Assembly: GCF_001194135.2 (NCBI RefSeq)
Contig: NC_069006.1
Coordinates: 23,142,764 to 23,205,591, forward strand
Source of the DNA: Octopus bimaculoides
Lineage: Eukaryota
Reading direction: 5' to 3'
DNA: 62,828 nt
Shown: in pieces, positions 33,185 through 45,950 of the stretch
How positions within the stretch are numbered: position 1 is the first letter of the stretch
Layout of the letters: each line of letters opens with the position of its first letter
Translations under genes and position numbers: made by a program
Notes under the pieces: model-generated
Databases searched by the model: none
Told to the model about the DNA's origin: nothing
Seen by the model: the letters and a program-made list of their open reading frames with translations, nothing else

Positions 33185-34997
33185 TCTGTTTCAACACACT
33201 GTTTCACATCAGGAATCTTGCAACACAAATTCACAAACATAAAATATATAAAATGGAAAGAAAAACAAAGGAACTTTAATATGGCTCTTCAAAGAGCAGC
33301 CTGTTTCCCTCATATCACATATCACCATCTTAAAAATATACCCTAAAAATAAAGACAAGATGGTCAGGGCTTGTATGCCTTTGATCAATATGCAAAATAA
33401 CCCTTAGCTTGTCTTCAAGCAAGGTAATATTTCCCCAGGATCAGACATGTTTTTGAAGATTGGAAATGAATGGCATTCATTTACAACAATCACACAACAC
33501 CAAAACAACACACACATATTTTGCAGTCTCTGTCTACCAAATCCACTCACAAGGCTTTGGTCAGCCCAAAGCTATAGAAGAATACACTTGCCCAAGGTGT
33601 CATGCAGTGAGATTGACTCAGATCAATGTAGTTGGGAAGTACATTTCTTAACCACATCAAAAATAAGGTAACGAAAAACGTTAAGAATGAAACTGAGGGT
33701 GACACAACTAAATAAAAATGTCTTGAATGTGCTGCACTGTTGTCACTGTAATTCAATGACTGAGTGAAGTTGAAAATAAAATAAATGTAATAGCATAAAA
33801 AAAACAAAGAACTAATCTAAAGATAGACTGAACTACGATACATGACTTCCATGACACATAATAGAAAAGTAAGTATTAAACAGATTCTTGTTTCAAGTAA
33901 CGAGCTTTGTTATTCCGATTACGGCTGAATTGTCAACACAGGTTTACATATGGAAACAAAGTGAGAAAACATAAACAAGAAACATGGATAAAATAAATGG
34001 ATTTAAACTGTGAGAAGAGAACAGTTCACACACTATTGTTAGAGGCATAACACTATTTGTAGTTTGGTGTTTATAGTTTGTTTGGTTTATGCCCATTTTT
34101 CCATGCTAGCATGGGTTAGACTTGTGTTTCTCAAAGTGGGATGTGTGTCGATACAGATGGAGGTGGGGGTGGAGGGACTTCAGAATAGCACCAAAGTAAC
34201 AACTGAATAAAACTAGCAATAGAATTTTTATCAAAACTCCTTTTGAATATATATATATATTTCAAAGCAGGAGTTAAAAAAAAAGCCCATTATGTGTGTA
34301 TACATACATATATACTTATGTTTGTAAGTATGTATATGCATATTTGTGTGTGTTTGTGTGACAGGAAAGGGAGAGTTGAAAGAAAAAAGAGATTGAGAGA
34401 AATCTCCAAAGCAAATAGAATGAGGCAACAACTATGAGAGAGAGAGAGAGAACAAGAAGCAAATGGAAGCAGATAAAACTCTGAGACATTATCTCGCTTT
34501 CGCTCTCTCCTCCACCACTTGGAACCGATCCAATTTCCTACTGTTAATTAAGTCAATGAAAACCAGTATTTTGGTACAGTACCAAGTCGGTACTAAGTTA
34601 GTAGAGCAATTAATAATTTATGCTGGTGTAGTAGGTGTGATGGAAGTAGTGACATAGTAGTGGTGGCGGTGGCACAGGTGTGGTGATGGTGGTGATGGCG
34701 CTTTTGGTGTTGGTATGGTTTAGTAACACCCAACACCAGACAAGCATGTTTCCTGCCAGTCCAGATGTTCCCGTCCATACCAAAGCCTTCTGTTTGTTTT
34801 GCCGACACATTCTCCATCCATTGCTAGTTTTCCATGCTTGTCACGACTTCACCGTCTTACTCATTTCTGCTAGCTGGGTGAATGAGAGCAATGTGAAATG
34901 AAATGTCATGCCAACCCATAAGGGACGGTTTCCTGGTTCCATGGCATATAAATTCCCCACCAGGACAGGACGCTGTTCCATCACAGGGTTACTCAAT

Positions 34998-35207
34998 TGG
35001 CAGAATCGTTAACACACCAGGCGAAATGCTTAGCGATATTCTGTCTGTTGCTACGTTCTGAGTTCAAATTCCGCCGGGGCCGACTTTACCTTTCATCCTT
35101 TCGGGGGTCGATAAATTAAGTACCAGTGAAACACTGGGGTCAATATAATTGACTAGTCCCCTCCCCCAAAATTTCAGGCCTAGTGCCTATAGCAGAAAGG
35201 ATTATTA
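34998..35207 (+). mobile_element. SINE family A, near full length, followed by (TAG)n
   Basis: Closely matches 1501-1733 and retains its CpGs. Confidence 0.85.
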
Positions 35208-35208
35208 T

Positions 35209-35255
<47 letters not shown>

Positions 35256-38200
35256 ATGACAAGTACCAGCAATCCAAAAACACACAGCAACAACTCCAAT
35301 GGAAATAGCATTAGGCAACAACAGATACACCCATACACACAAGTTGTCTGTGAGTAGGTTTTAAGTACCAACACATACACACAACTCCACTCAGAATATC
35401 ATTAAAGAACAATACACACACACGCACGCACATACTCACGGTCCCTCTTCACCCATCAATCATCCACACATGTTCTTCAGTTTGTTTAAAGGGCATCACA
35501 GCTAAATTTACAAAGGGAGCACCACACAGAGCTATGTAGTCACCTAGAGGTTTCCTTCAGTAATCGGCCAATGGCTCTAGGATCAGGGATATGGTGAACT
35601 TTTTAGTGCCAAGGGTGAATTGCAAGTTCATAAGAATCTGTGGGGTACATCTGTGTTGAGAAAAATAATCAATCGTTAAATTAGGCAAATTAATGAATGT
35701 ATAGACAAAAAGGAATAAGCAGAACAAGAGGAGACATGATAGAGAGTCATGGAAGGAAGGGATCATGGGATGTGTGATGAAAGAGCTTTGACAAAGAAAC
35801 TAAAATAATAAGAAGAAGAAAGCTGAAGTGAAGACCAAAAATGCAGTGCATGTGTTTAATTGGCAAATTATGGCCATCCCTGCCAAGTATAACAATATTT
35901 GTTTCATCACACCATTTCACACAAAGAATCTTGCAAAGCAATTGCATAAACATAATGAATATATTATTTGCATCAAACTAAATTACTTGGTTTTAAGGTT
36001 TATAGAGACATCATCGATGGAAAGATTTCAGGGATTTCCCCTTCAGGTACCCCCCCCCCCTTCTAGAGGACTTTCCAGACTTAATGAGTTTCAATGGTAC
36101 TTGTGAACAAAGCTGCACCCAAGGACAAAGGGCTCCTCAACCCTGCTCTACACAGGAATTGACCATATCACACAAGAGTGATGACCAAACCCTGGACAAG
36201 ACAACGGGTATATGCACAAAGAAGTATGTCACATCTATCATTCTTTTGCTGCTGCTAATAGATCAACTAAGCAGAAACTCAGTTAAACTTTTAGCATTTA
36301 AACCAGCAATATCCAGCCCAAATACTCTATCCATTCTGTGTTCAAACTGGCCAGATCCAGCCTCGATATAACCTACCCTATAACATCATTCGAAAACTAA
36401 ACAATCAAATCATTGAAATTTTGAAGCTAAAAGATAAAGTATGATTGATCTAAAACAACGTTAAATAAATAAGCTTTACATCTGACAGAATAATCCGAAT
36501 GCTGAAGGGTCGAATCTTTGAATATATTTTTAGAAAAATTAGTTTCGAACATTTCCACCAGATTTCCAAGGACGGATATTGCAAGCGAAAGGTGTCAACA
36601 ACCGTCTCAACTGATCAACAATTACAGAACATAAAGAAGAATATATCACAAATGAGTGGTTAGGGTTAGGGTTAACAACACCCAAATCAGGAAATGCTGC
36701 AAGCATTTCTACTAAAAGATGTTTCCATGTGTAAATAGTTACTCAAGTCTGATATAATTACAAACAGAAGCTCATTATGAAAAAAAAAAAAAAGAAAGAA
36801 AGAAAACCAAGTAGAATGACCTGAATTTGCTATCTGTTTCTAAAGCAATGTTTTTGAAATGAAAATTGCAGCACCCTCCCACCCAGTCCATACTGGGGTG
36901 CAAGGGTGTATGATGTTTGAGGTTGAAGAGAAGAGGGGGGAGGAGGCAATAATATTAGTTCTGAACATAATAATAATGATAATAATACAAAAAAAAAAAA
37001 ACCCAAAGCAATATGCATTCTTTGTTACTGACATTGGGATACCATAGATAAATGAATGTTATATTATTGAAAGCTGAAATAAACTGGATTACTGGAGCAG
37101 AAAGAATTTGCCAATTAAGGAAAATGATGCATAAATTGCAGACACTTTACATCAAGTTTGTTTTTAGGTGTGTATATGTACATATATATGTATGTACATA
37201 TAGCACCTATTGAATATATATGTATGTACATACGTATATATAGTATGTATGCACATATGTATGTTTATATACATGTATTACATGTTTGTGTGTATGTATG
37301 TATGTATGTATGTATGTATGTATGTTTGAATACATGTATGTAGATATGCATGTATATCTGAGAACGATATTTCCTGAAGATAAATGAAACCATTCCAATT
37401 CAAGAATCAGTGAATAGATTGAAAAAAACAGGAACTGTCAGCTACTATGTCTCATTCAGTTTGCCAATTCCTGCACACACACACACACACACGCACACAC
37501 ACACACACACATGCATGCACTTATGCACAAACACATGCATACATACACGTCTCAATGAAGAAACCTAACTATGGCAATTACTGCCCAAGAATTGAAGACA
37601 ATAATTGTTATAAACACTTCTTCAAGGACAAACGCATTTGAGAATCATTACAAGTGGAAGCAGAGTTGAAATTTGCCCTACTTTTTTTTCTTCTTTTTTT
37701 TACAAGGAAGCTGTTTAAAAAAAAAAATCTACAAAACAACTTTATAAAGCTTAAAAACAGTCATTGAAAACAAACAGGATTCCCAAAATAGTAGCTCAAT
37801 TTCTGAGAACTAATAGCCTAATCTTCCTCAATGTAAAGCTTTCTAGTGTACACTGAATCATGTAGTCCCAGACATATTCATCTTCATCACTGTTTTGACA
37901 TCCACTTTTTCCATGCTTGCATGGGTCAGACGGAATTTGGTTGAGGCAGATTTTCTACAGCCGGATGCCCTTCCTGTTGCTAACCCTCACCTATGTCTGT
38001 GTAAGGTAATATTTATCCATGGCCAGACATGTTTTTCATGGAAGACTGGAAACAAAGGACACAACTTGCATGACAGTGACACTTGTTTACAGCTATCATG
38101 CAATGTCAAGGCAGTTTCTATCGAATTCACTCACAGGGCTTTGGCTGGCCCAAGGTGCCAAACAGTAGGATTGAACCTGGAAATACATAGCTTATCACAC

Positions 38201-38403
38201 AGTCACAACTTTGTTAAAGAAAAAGAAAAAGGGAGGGAGGTGATCATGCGTATACATATATTCATACACACATACATATATATGCCTCTGCACATGTATG
38301 TGTTTGTATGTATTAACCTATATAACCCTAATTAAATAATTAACATGGTTTGTTTATGAGTATTTTTTTTTTTTTACTGTTTCATTTATTTTACCCCCAC
38401 CCC

Positions 38404-38442
<39 letters not shown>

Positions 38443-39345
38443 TCATATATATATATATATATATATAGGCTAGTAGGCCTTAATGACCATATAAAATAAT
38501 GCTGTGCTGTATACAGCTTAAATAACCATAAACAAACTTGCCAAATGTGGGAGCCATTACGTGGGTGATAGATGTGCTAGAAACAGAAATGAAACAATGG
38601 ATAATGTGGACCTAGATATATTGTCTGAAGAAGGCCAAAAACAAAAATGTTCAAAACTGGGATGCCTTTGATTACAAGGGTGTTTTGAATGAAGCCTGGT
38701 CTGGTGCTATAAACAACAATAACCATCACAAACCAGCAGATGGTGTCTTAATGTTTTGTTACCATAAATAGTAACAAAATATAAGTTAAGAACTGTCAAA
38801 AGTTTTCCAAGCTGATAGAAAGAAGAGGGGCAGCATAGTAGGACAATGAGAGAGAGAGAGAGAGAGAAAGAGAACAGACAGAGTGTGTGGGAATGCGTAA
38901 GAGAAAGACAAGAGGCAGATAAAGAATGAGAGAGGAAGTGTATGTGAGGTAGTGTGTAGTGTGTGCGTGTAAAGTTATGTGAAACAGAGAGTGTATGAGA
39001 GAGAGAGAGAGCACATGAAAATGTATGAGAGTGTGAAAGAGTGTATGAGAATGTGTTACTGTGTGTGGGTGTAGGTGTGTTAGAGAAGACAGGATAGATA
39101 GAGAGATATTGCTCTATATAAATATAGAACAGTCAATGAGTAAACACTAGTATAAAGCAGGGCGTGCCTTTACTTGAATGAAGGTATTAGAGAAGCAAAA
39201 ATGAATAGTAATAATAATAATAATAAAGAGAAGAAAAAATAATTGTGAAAAGTTTCTTTTAGTGTTGCAAGGGCAAAAGGAGGAATAAAACTAATTCACT
39301 GAAGGAGATTTTAAAATCTGAACTCCCAGATTCATTTTCGTTATT

Positions 39346-39593
39346 AAAACACCCCAGGAGGGGAAAGGGGCTCTTTATAATTACTTGACCTTCAAGGTAT
39401 AACAACCAAATCACACCCTGTAGTTTAAAAAAAAAATATTGATGAGATAATACAGTCCTTCAAAAAAACACCCCAGGAGGGGAAAGGGGCTCTTTATAAT
39501 TACTTGACCTTCAAGGTATAACAACCAAATCACCCTCAAATCACACCCTGTAGTTCAAAAAAAAATATTGATGAGATAATACAGTCCTTCAAA
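39346..39593. repeat. Near-identical tandem duplication of about 119 bp
   Basis: AAAACACCCCAGGAGGGGAAAGGGGCTC...CAGTCCTTCAAA occurs twice. The second copy has an extra CAAATCACCCT of about 11 bp. Confidence 0.9.
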
Positions 39594-40867
39594 GCCATAG
39601 AGAAAGACAGGGCAGCCATGTCTGGAAGGTATTTTAATTATAGGTTTTGCTAAATCTATGGTGACCTGGGATGAGATAACTTGAGAACTTCAATGTGGTC
39701 ACTTCTTGGCTGCTAGAAACAGCAGCCAAATGTTGTAATGAATCACATCCCATCGGGTAAAACACAGAACAACACAACAAATATTACAGCCCTCAATATG
39801 GTTGAAATGTTCCAGAAGTCATAGGTTTCCTAAATCACTTGACCAGAGAACAACCAGCACAACGAGGGAGCCTGTATGTGGTCACTTGACCTGCTAGAAA
39901 TAGAAGCCAGCTCCCCTCACCCCACTAAATGACCACTCATTACACAGTACTAAATTAGAAGGGGCACATTAGATAATGCAGTCCCTGGTATACAAAATGT
40001 CCAGATCAACATGGCTGAAACAAACTAGGATTACTTGGTCACAGCTGACCTTGGGCTAAACAACAACAACATGTATTTGCATACGTGGATGTAATCTTAA
40101 GAAGAGGTCATATCGACTAGGGTGGTAGAAGTAATGACAAGGAAATGAGATAGGTTAGTGCAAGCTGTTGGTGCTATTGTCATCACCTCTGATCTAGCAG
40201 TAGGTCTACAATCAAAGACATTCCAGTTATGGCCATCCCTTTCCATTTTTTTTTCTTTAAAAATAGTGTACATCTAATGTGGCTATTTTTTTTTTTTTGT
40301 ATTTTAAAGATATTAATGAATGTTTTGAAGTAGATTTTAACTGCTATTTCAAATAAAGTACACAACAAGTACAACACAAATTTCTAAAGTATTTGTGACC
40401 TTGTCACCCAATCTACCTATGTTATATGACACCTTTATCATGTGAAAACCCGAATATTATATGTCAGTCATGTTTTTTTTTTAAATACAAAAACTATTGT
40501 CAGAAATACTTAAGGGCAGTTCTTCTCAATTTAGGGGTTGCAAAGAAGAATACTGAGGGTCAAAGTTTTTGTGAGCAGAGTTCAAATTCAAAATTTATTG
40601 GGTGGATTTGTCAATAAAACCTGGGAGTCTGTGAGGAAAATTAAATAATCTGGGATTCCTGGGTACTGAAAAGGTTGGGAGCCCACCCCCACCTAAGAAA
40701 ACACCAAATTAGGCATTTGTTCTCTATGTTCTTTTGTGATTGGTTAGAATGTAGGTAGAACCCCCATATGAAACAAAATAAGGGCATTAAAGACATGTGA
40801 AAGATTAATAAATATGATTTTCATGGAAGAAAATTAACAACATCAGTAATAAAGGTTTTTTAATTCA

Positions 40868-42200
40868 GGTACAAGACAAGGCCAGCAATTTTGAGGGGCA
40901 GGGTTAGTCGAAACCAGTGACCTATTTTATCAACCCCAAAAGGATGAAAGCAAAAACTGACCTTGGTGAGATTTGAACTCAGAACAGAAAGAGCCCAAAT
41001 AAATGCTAGAAGGCATTTTTGGGGATGCTTTAATGATTCTACATGCTCACAGGCTTTTGCTTCTGAGTTAAGCAATTTTGAGGGATGATTGTATTAACCC
41101 CAGTACTTTACTAATATTTCATTTTCATTGACCCCAAGAGGAATGAAAAGTGAAACTGAACTCAGTAGAATTTCAACTCAGAATGCAGAGTCAGAGCTGC
41201 AAAGCATTTTGTTCAAAACTTTAACAAATATGCCAATCAACTACCCTTATATTAATAAAAATAAAAATAATAATAATAATAATAATAAATGCTCTGATGC
41301 AGTACTAGGTAGTGGCTCTCATGGCTTCTGATCTTAACTGAGTGGAAGTGTTATGTACATTGTTTTGTCTTGGTGTAAAAGATGGCCTACAACAAACGTT
41401 CTGTTCAGTACCACAGATTTGCTTGACCTCAACCAACTGAGAATGTCCCTTAGTGGCTGATGATATGTGCACCTCTGATCACAAGAAGTAGTGGGGGAGC
41501 ATCATAGCCATGTGTTGAGAGGAATTTTTGGGGGTTTGAATAATTCACCTCTGGAAACATGGGTGTTTCATTCAACATCCTTAAACAAACATTATTCAAG
41601 GACCATTTGAGCAGGATGGGCTACTCGACCTGAAGAAAATTCTAACTGGGCCCCACTTGCAAGTTCATGCGCTGTTTATCTTGATATAAGATCACTATGT
41701 CGCACACATATGGTTGTGATGCATGTGCCTGGTGTACCCTTATCAGATGGGTATACTGAGCTTCGTATATTTTACTTCAGTGTCACTTTAATGGCATGCA
41801 CTGCTCTTTCACTCAACAATAATAATAATCCTTTCTACTGGAAGCACAAGGCCTCAAATGTGGGTAAGNNNNNNNNNNTAATAATCCTTTCTACTGGAAG
41901 CACAAGGCCTCAAATGTGGGTAAGGAATTAAGTCGTTTACATCAACCCCAGTGCATAACTGGTACTTATTTCATTGAGCCCAAAAGGATGAAAGGCAAAG
42001 TCGACCTTGGCGGAATTTGAACTCGGAATGTAAAGACAGGAGAATTTTGTCCCACATGCTAACGATTCTGTCAGCTCATTGCCTTATTAATAATAATAGT
42101 AATAATCCTTTCTACTGGAAGCACAAGGCCTCAAATGTGGGTAAGGAATTAAGTCGTTTACATCAACCCCAGTGCATAACTGGTACTTATTTAAATGACT
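40868..42200. mobile_element. SINE-rich block: family A copies (-) at about 40868-41000, 41085-41190 and 41878-42075 plus a duplicated 3' end at 42100-42195, and another interspersed repeat at about 41335-41815
   Basis: Family A core motifs are repeated. The 41335-41815 segment has unique complexity and resembles a recalled octopus interspersed repeat (low certainty). Confidence 0.6.
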
Positions 42201-43216
42201 GAACGACAACAACAACAACAAAACGTGCCACCAAGGGAGACTTTACAGGATTGTCATGACCGGAGCTGAACAACAAAATAACTAAACATTTTGAGTAATG
42301 ATGAAAAATGTGTAGCACATAATCCTTTTTCTGGTCCTTTTATATTTGTCCGTCAAATACTTATGAACGACATCGACAATCTTTTAAACCTCAAAGTAGT
42401 AACTGTCAATTCGTTTTATAGTAACAGATCTGGCGAATGACTATTTTAATGCGTGTGTGTGTGTGTGTGTGTGTGAAGAGAGAGAGAGAGAGAGAGAGTT
42501 ACGAAAAGCATACATACAACAATTTTCTCTCGTGCAAACAGCAAACCACCTGCCCCCACAAAAACCTATTTTTCAGTCAACCGCAGAAATGAGCAAACAA
42601 ACAAAACCACGTTTATTCCCTGCAGGTTATGAATTTAAAAAATCTTTCTGAGGTCAACTTCGATTTTCATTATCCGAGAGTTTGTCGATAAAATAAAACT
42701 GGGGTCAGTTCTGAGGTCAATTTAATATTTCTATAAAGTAGTCTAAGTGCGAATGGAATTATAATCGAGGACCAGACTAACTTCGATTTTTTTTTCTTAT
42801 CTTTCCGGGGTTGATAAAATAACGTACCAGTCAAGAATTGGAGCAACGTGAATATGTCTACAAAGCATCGGTTAAGTGAATGGAATTTTCATAAAAGATT
42901 TACCACTGATAATATAGTTTTATTTTGTTGTCTATAACCCCAGGTCAGACCTGATTTGATCAAACGACTTCTAGCCGTAGCAATCCTGTCATGTGTGTGT
43001 GTTTCAGATATGATGCATTTAGAACTACAATTAACAAAGTGTTGCGATTTGATTGCTATTTCTAGCTGGTCTAGTGACTAACAATACAGAGAATCAATAT
43101 CCATCATTATGTTTTGTAAACGAAATTTAAAAGTCGATCTCACACTAATGAGGTGTATAATAAATTACATTGTAAATTACTTCAGATTATGAAAAGCAGA
43201 TAAAATCATTCAAACC

Positions 43217-43265
<49 letters not shown>

Positions 43266-44975
43266 TCCCAGAATCGATAACAGATGCAACAACAAAACCT
43301 ACACACTCATATATATTCAAAAAAAGAAACATTAATGAACATACCAGTCGGTATTCGCCCAACAAATGAGCGAATTTTGTTTGTGACAGTCATATTTCTT
43401 TCCGTTTGTGTTAGTACGAATCTGTGTAGGTCTAAATCAATCGTATATTCNNNNNNNNNNNNNNNNNNNNNNNNNNNNNNNNNNNNNNNNNNNNNNNNNN
43501 NNNNNNNNNNNNNNNNNNNNNNNNNNNNNNNNNNNNNNNNNNNNNNNNNNNNNNNNNNNNNNNNNNNNNNNNNNNNNNNNNNNNNNNNNNNNNNNNNNNN
43601 NNNNNNNNNNNNNNNNNNNNNNNNNNNNNNNNNNNNNNNNNNNNNNNNNNNNNNNNNNNNNNNNNNNNNNNNNNNNNNNNNNNNNNNNNNNNNNNNNNNN
43701 NNNNNNNNNNNNNNNNNNNNNNNNNNNNNNNNNNNNNNNNNNNNNNNNNNNNNNNNNNNNNNNNNNNNNNNNNNNNNNNNNNNNNNNNNNNNNNNNNNNN
43801 NNNNNNNNNNNNNNNNNNNNNNNNNNNNNNNNNNNNNNNNNNNNNNNNNNNNNNNNNNNNNNNNNNNNNNNNNNNNNNNNNNNNNNNNNNNNNNNNNNNN
43901 NNNNNNNNNNNNNNNNNNNNNNNNNNNNNNNNNNNNNNNNNNNNNNNNNNNNNNNNNNNNNNNNNNNNNNNNNNNNNNNNNNNNNNNNNNNNNNNNNNNN
44001 NNNNNNNNNNNNNNNNNNNNNNNNNNNNNNNTAGGAGATATAGTTGTTGATAAGTTCGTGAGACTGTCTAGCGAAGGTGGAACTTCGGGGTTACCATCGA
44101 TCATCGATGTTTTCCTTGTAAAAATGTGTGCGATACTCTACTTAAATGTATTAAGTGATTCTACCATTAATGTTTAACTGATTTTAATACGTAACTATTA
44201 TAAAACAGACACCTACGAGCAAGCATGTTTGTGTGTAAAATGACTTAATTTGATATGTTTGGGTTGAGAGGAAGTTTCTAACGATATTGAAAGTAAGCTA
44301 TCGTTTAAGTCGCTTATTGACAGTACATTGGTTGACACAGTATCTTTTGTGTAACAAGGGTGAAGACACGTTTCATTGAATATCGTAAATATAACAATGG
44401 ACAAAAAAAAAAAAGCAAGGAGCAAATCAATTTAGTGGCACATTGAAGTTTGTCTCAAGAAAGGTAAATTAACAGTCATCAGATATGGCTGGATGGAAGA
44501 GAATAGCTTGGGCTCTTTTCTACGAGAGGTCTTGAAGCACCGTATCTGAATTTTGTGTTACAAAAATAATAGGAAAAGGAGAAAAAAAAACAACGAATCT
44601 CAAGGATGAAAATATATAGACGGAAGACGCAAGCCAAAGCTTGCTTTAAGTCCATCAGAGTTATATCCCTTAGACTGGTCTTTCAAGTCATTGTTCTGCA
44701 TATAAGCATTCAAGGGGCAACTGTGCACCCCGAAGTTATTGTGTGGAATGGTGAAGGGTAGGATGAGGCTGGGAAAGTGAAAGAGAAAGAGATGAGATTC
44801 TTTTTTTATTTTGTATTTGATTTGATATAGAAATTCACTATTACTTTGTCTATCATACATTAATGACATTCTTAGTTCGACTTTCTTATCTGTGAAGACA
44901 AGCTCAGTATTTACATTACTTGAAAAGAAAAGACAAACAACTGAAAGCGTAGAGTAAAATTACCGTGGAAGTAGA

Positions 44976-45013
44976 CTATCCAACGTTTCGGACAAAGTCT
45001 TTCTTCGGGATAA
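44976..45013 (-). ncRNA. Second degenerate Penelope-type hammerhead motif
   Basis: Minus strand TTATCC-C(-)GAAGA-AAGAC[TTT]GTCC-GAAACGTT-GGATAG: 6-bp stem I, palindromic ACGT stem III, and the core U is missing. Confidence 0.45.
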
Positions 45014-45112
45014 AGTCGACGGGAAGGAAACAAAAGAAAGACAGGAGCGTTTTTACATCCGATATGTTTGAGAAACCAGCTGAATATTCCACTCCTAACG
45101 GTAATTTCACCG

Positions 45113-45152
<40 letters not shown>

Positions 45153-45589
45153 CTGCTAGGTCAACCAAGATTTTAATGACCTTAAACATGCTTCCTTCAT
45201 AAAAACTGGAATCAGTCATAAAATATTTGGCGCGAGATTATTGAACAAATGCGAAACCTGTAGCATCTGCTGCACCTGGTTACTCTTCGGTCATTTCAAC
45301 CCTCCTCCTTTTCCTCCTTTACCCTTTCTTCCTCTCAAACGACAGTTGAAGAGGATTGGAAATTCGACCAAAACAGCCATTAAAAAAATGAGCGGTGGCA
45401 ATAAAATAGTTATATTCACACGCTCTACTGGTCGATATATCTTTAGCTATGACAAACTCTCATCGATCTAAATGAAATATGTAAGATAGAGGAGGCTTCG
45501 TTTTCTACAGCAAGAAAATAAGACAAAAAGGAGAATGTCTTTGATAGAGTTGAACACGGCATTCTGTAAGCTTGTTGCAGGGTGATGTA

Positions 45590-45950
45590 ATATATTTTTC
45601 AAATTTTGGTACTGGGTCTGGAATTGGGTAGGAGGTAGTCGATTACACCGATCCCCAATATGTGACTGGTACTGTATTTCATCGGCCATGAAAATTAAAC
45701 CCTGTGGTATTTGAAATCGGAAAGTAAAGAACCGAAATAGAATGGCGCTATGCATTTTGTCCGACGCGCTAATGATTCATACGAAACATACGAGCTCTCT
45801 GCATGGTTTCTCAGGACTAAAATGAAGTATATCTGGCACTCCGTCGGGGAGAAAAGTTGGGGAGAAGGTAAGTCGATTACATTGACCCCAGAACTCAGCT
45901 GTAACTTATTTCATCCACCCCGAAAGGATTAAAGGCAAAGTCGACCTCTT
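45590..45950 (-). mobile_element. Two diverged family A SINE fragments
   Basis: CCCCGAAAGGATTAAAGGCAAAGTCGACC and GTCGATTACATTGACCCCAG motifs. Confidence 0.6.

Noticed and set aside
36658-36675. GGTTAGGGTTAGGGTT telomere-like hexamers (also degenerate CCCTAA-like runs at 660-785)
   Set aside because: Too few units to distinguish from ordinary simple-repeat background.
3448-39593. Tandem repeats considered as CRISPR-like arrays
   Set aside because: The context is eukaryotic, and there are no constant repeats with unique spacers and no cas genes.
41820-41925. Identical 50-bp sequence on both sides of the 10-N gap (similarly 49268-49395 next to a gap)
   Set aside because: This is most likely an unmerged contig overlap, i.e. 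an assembly artefact.
44600-44780. Possible minus-strand exon after TTTCCCAG
   Set aside because: The only open frame ends in a stop and does not phase with the neighbouring candidate exons.
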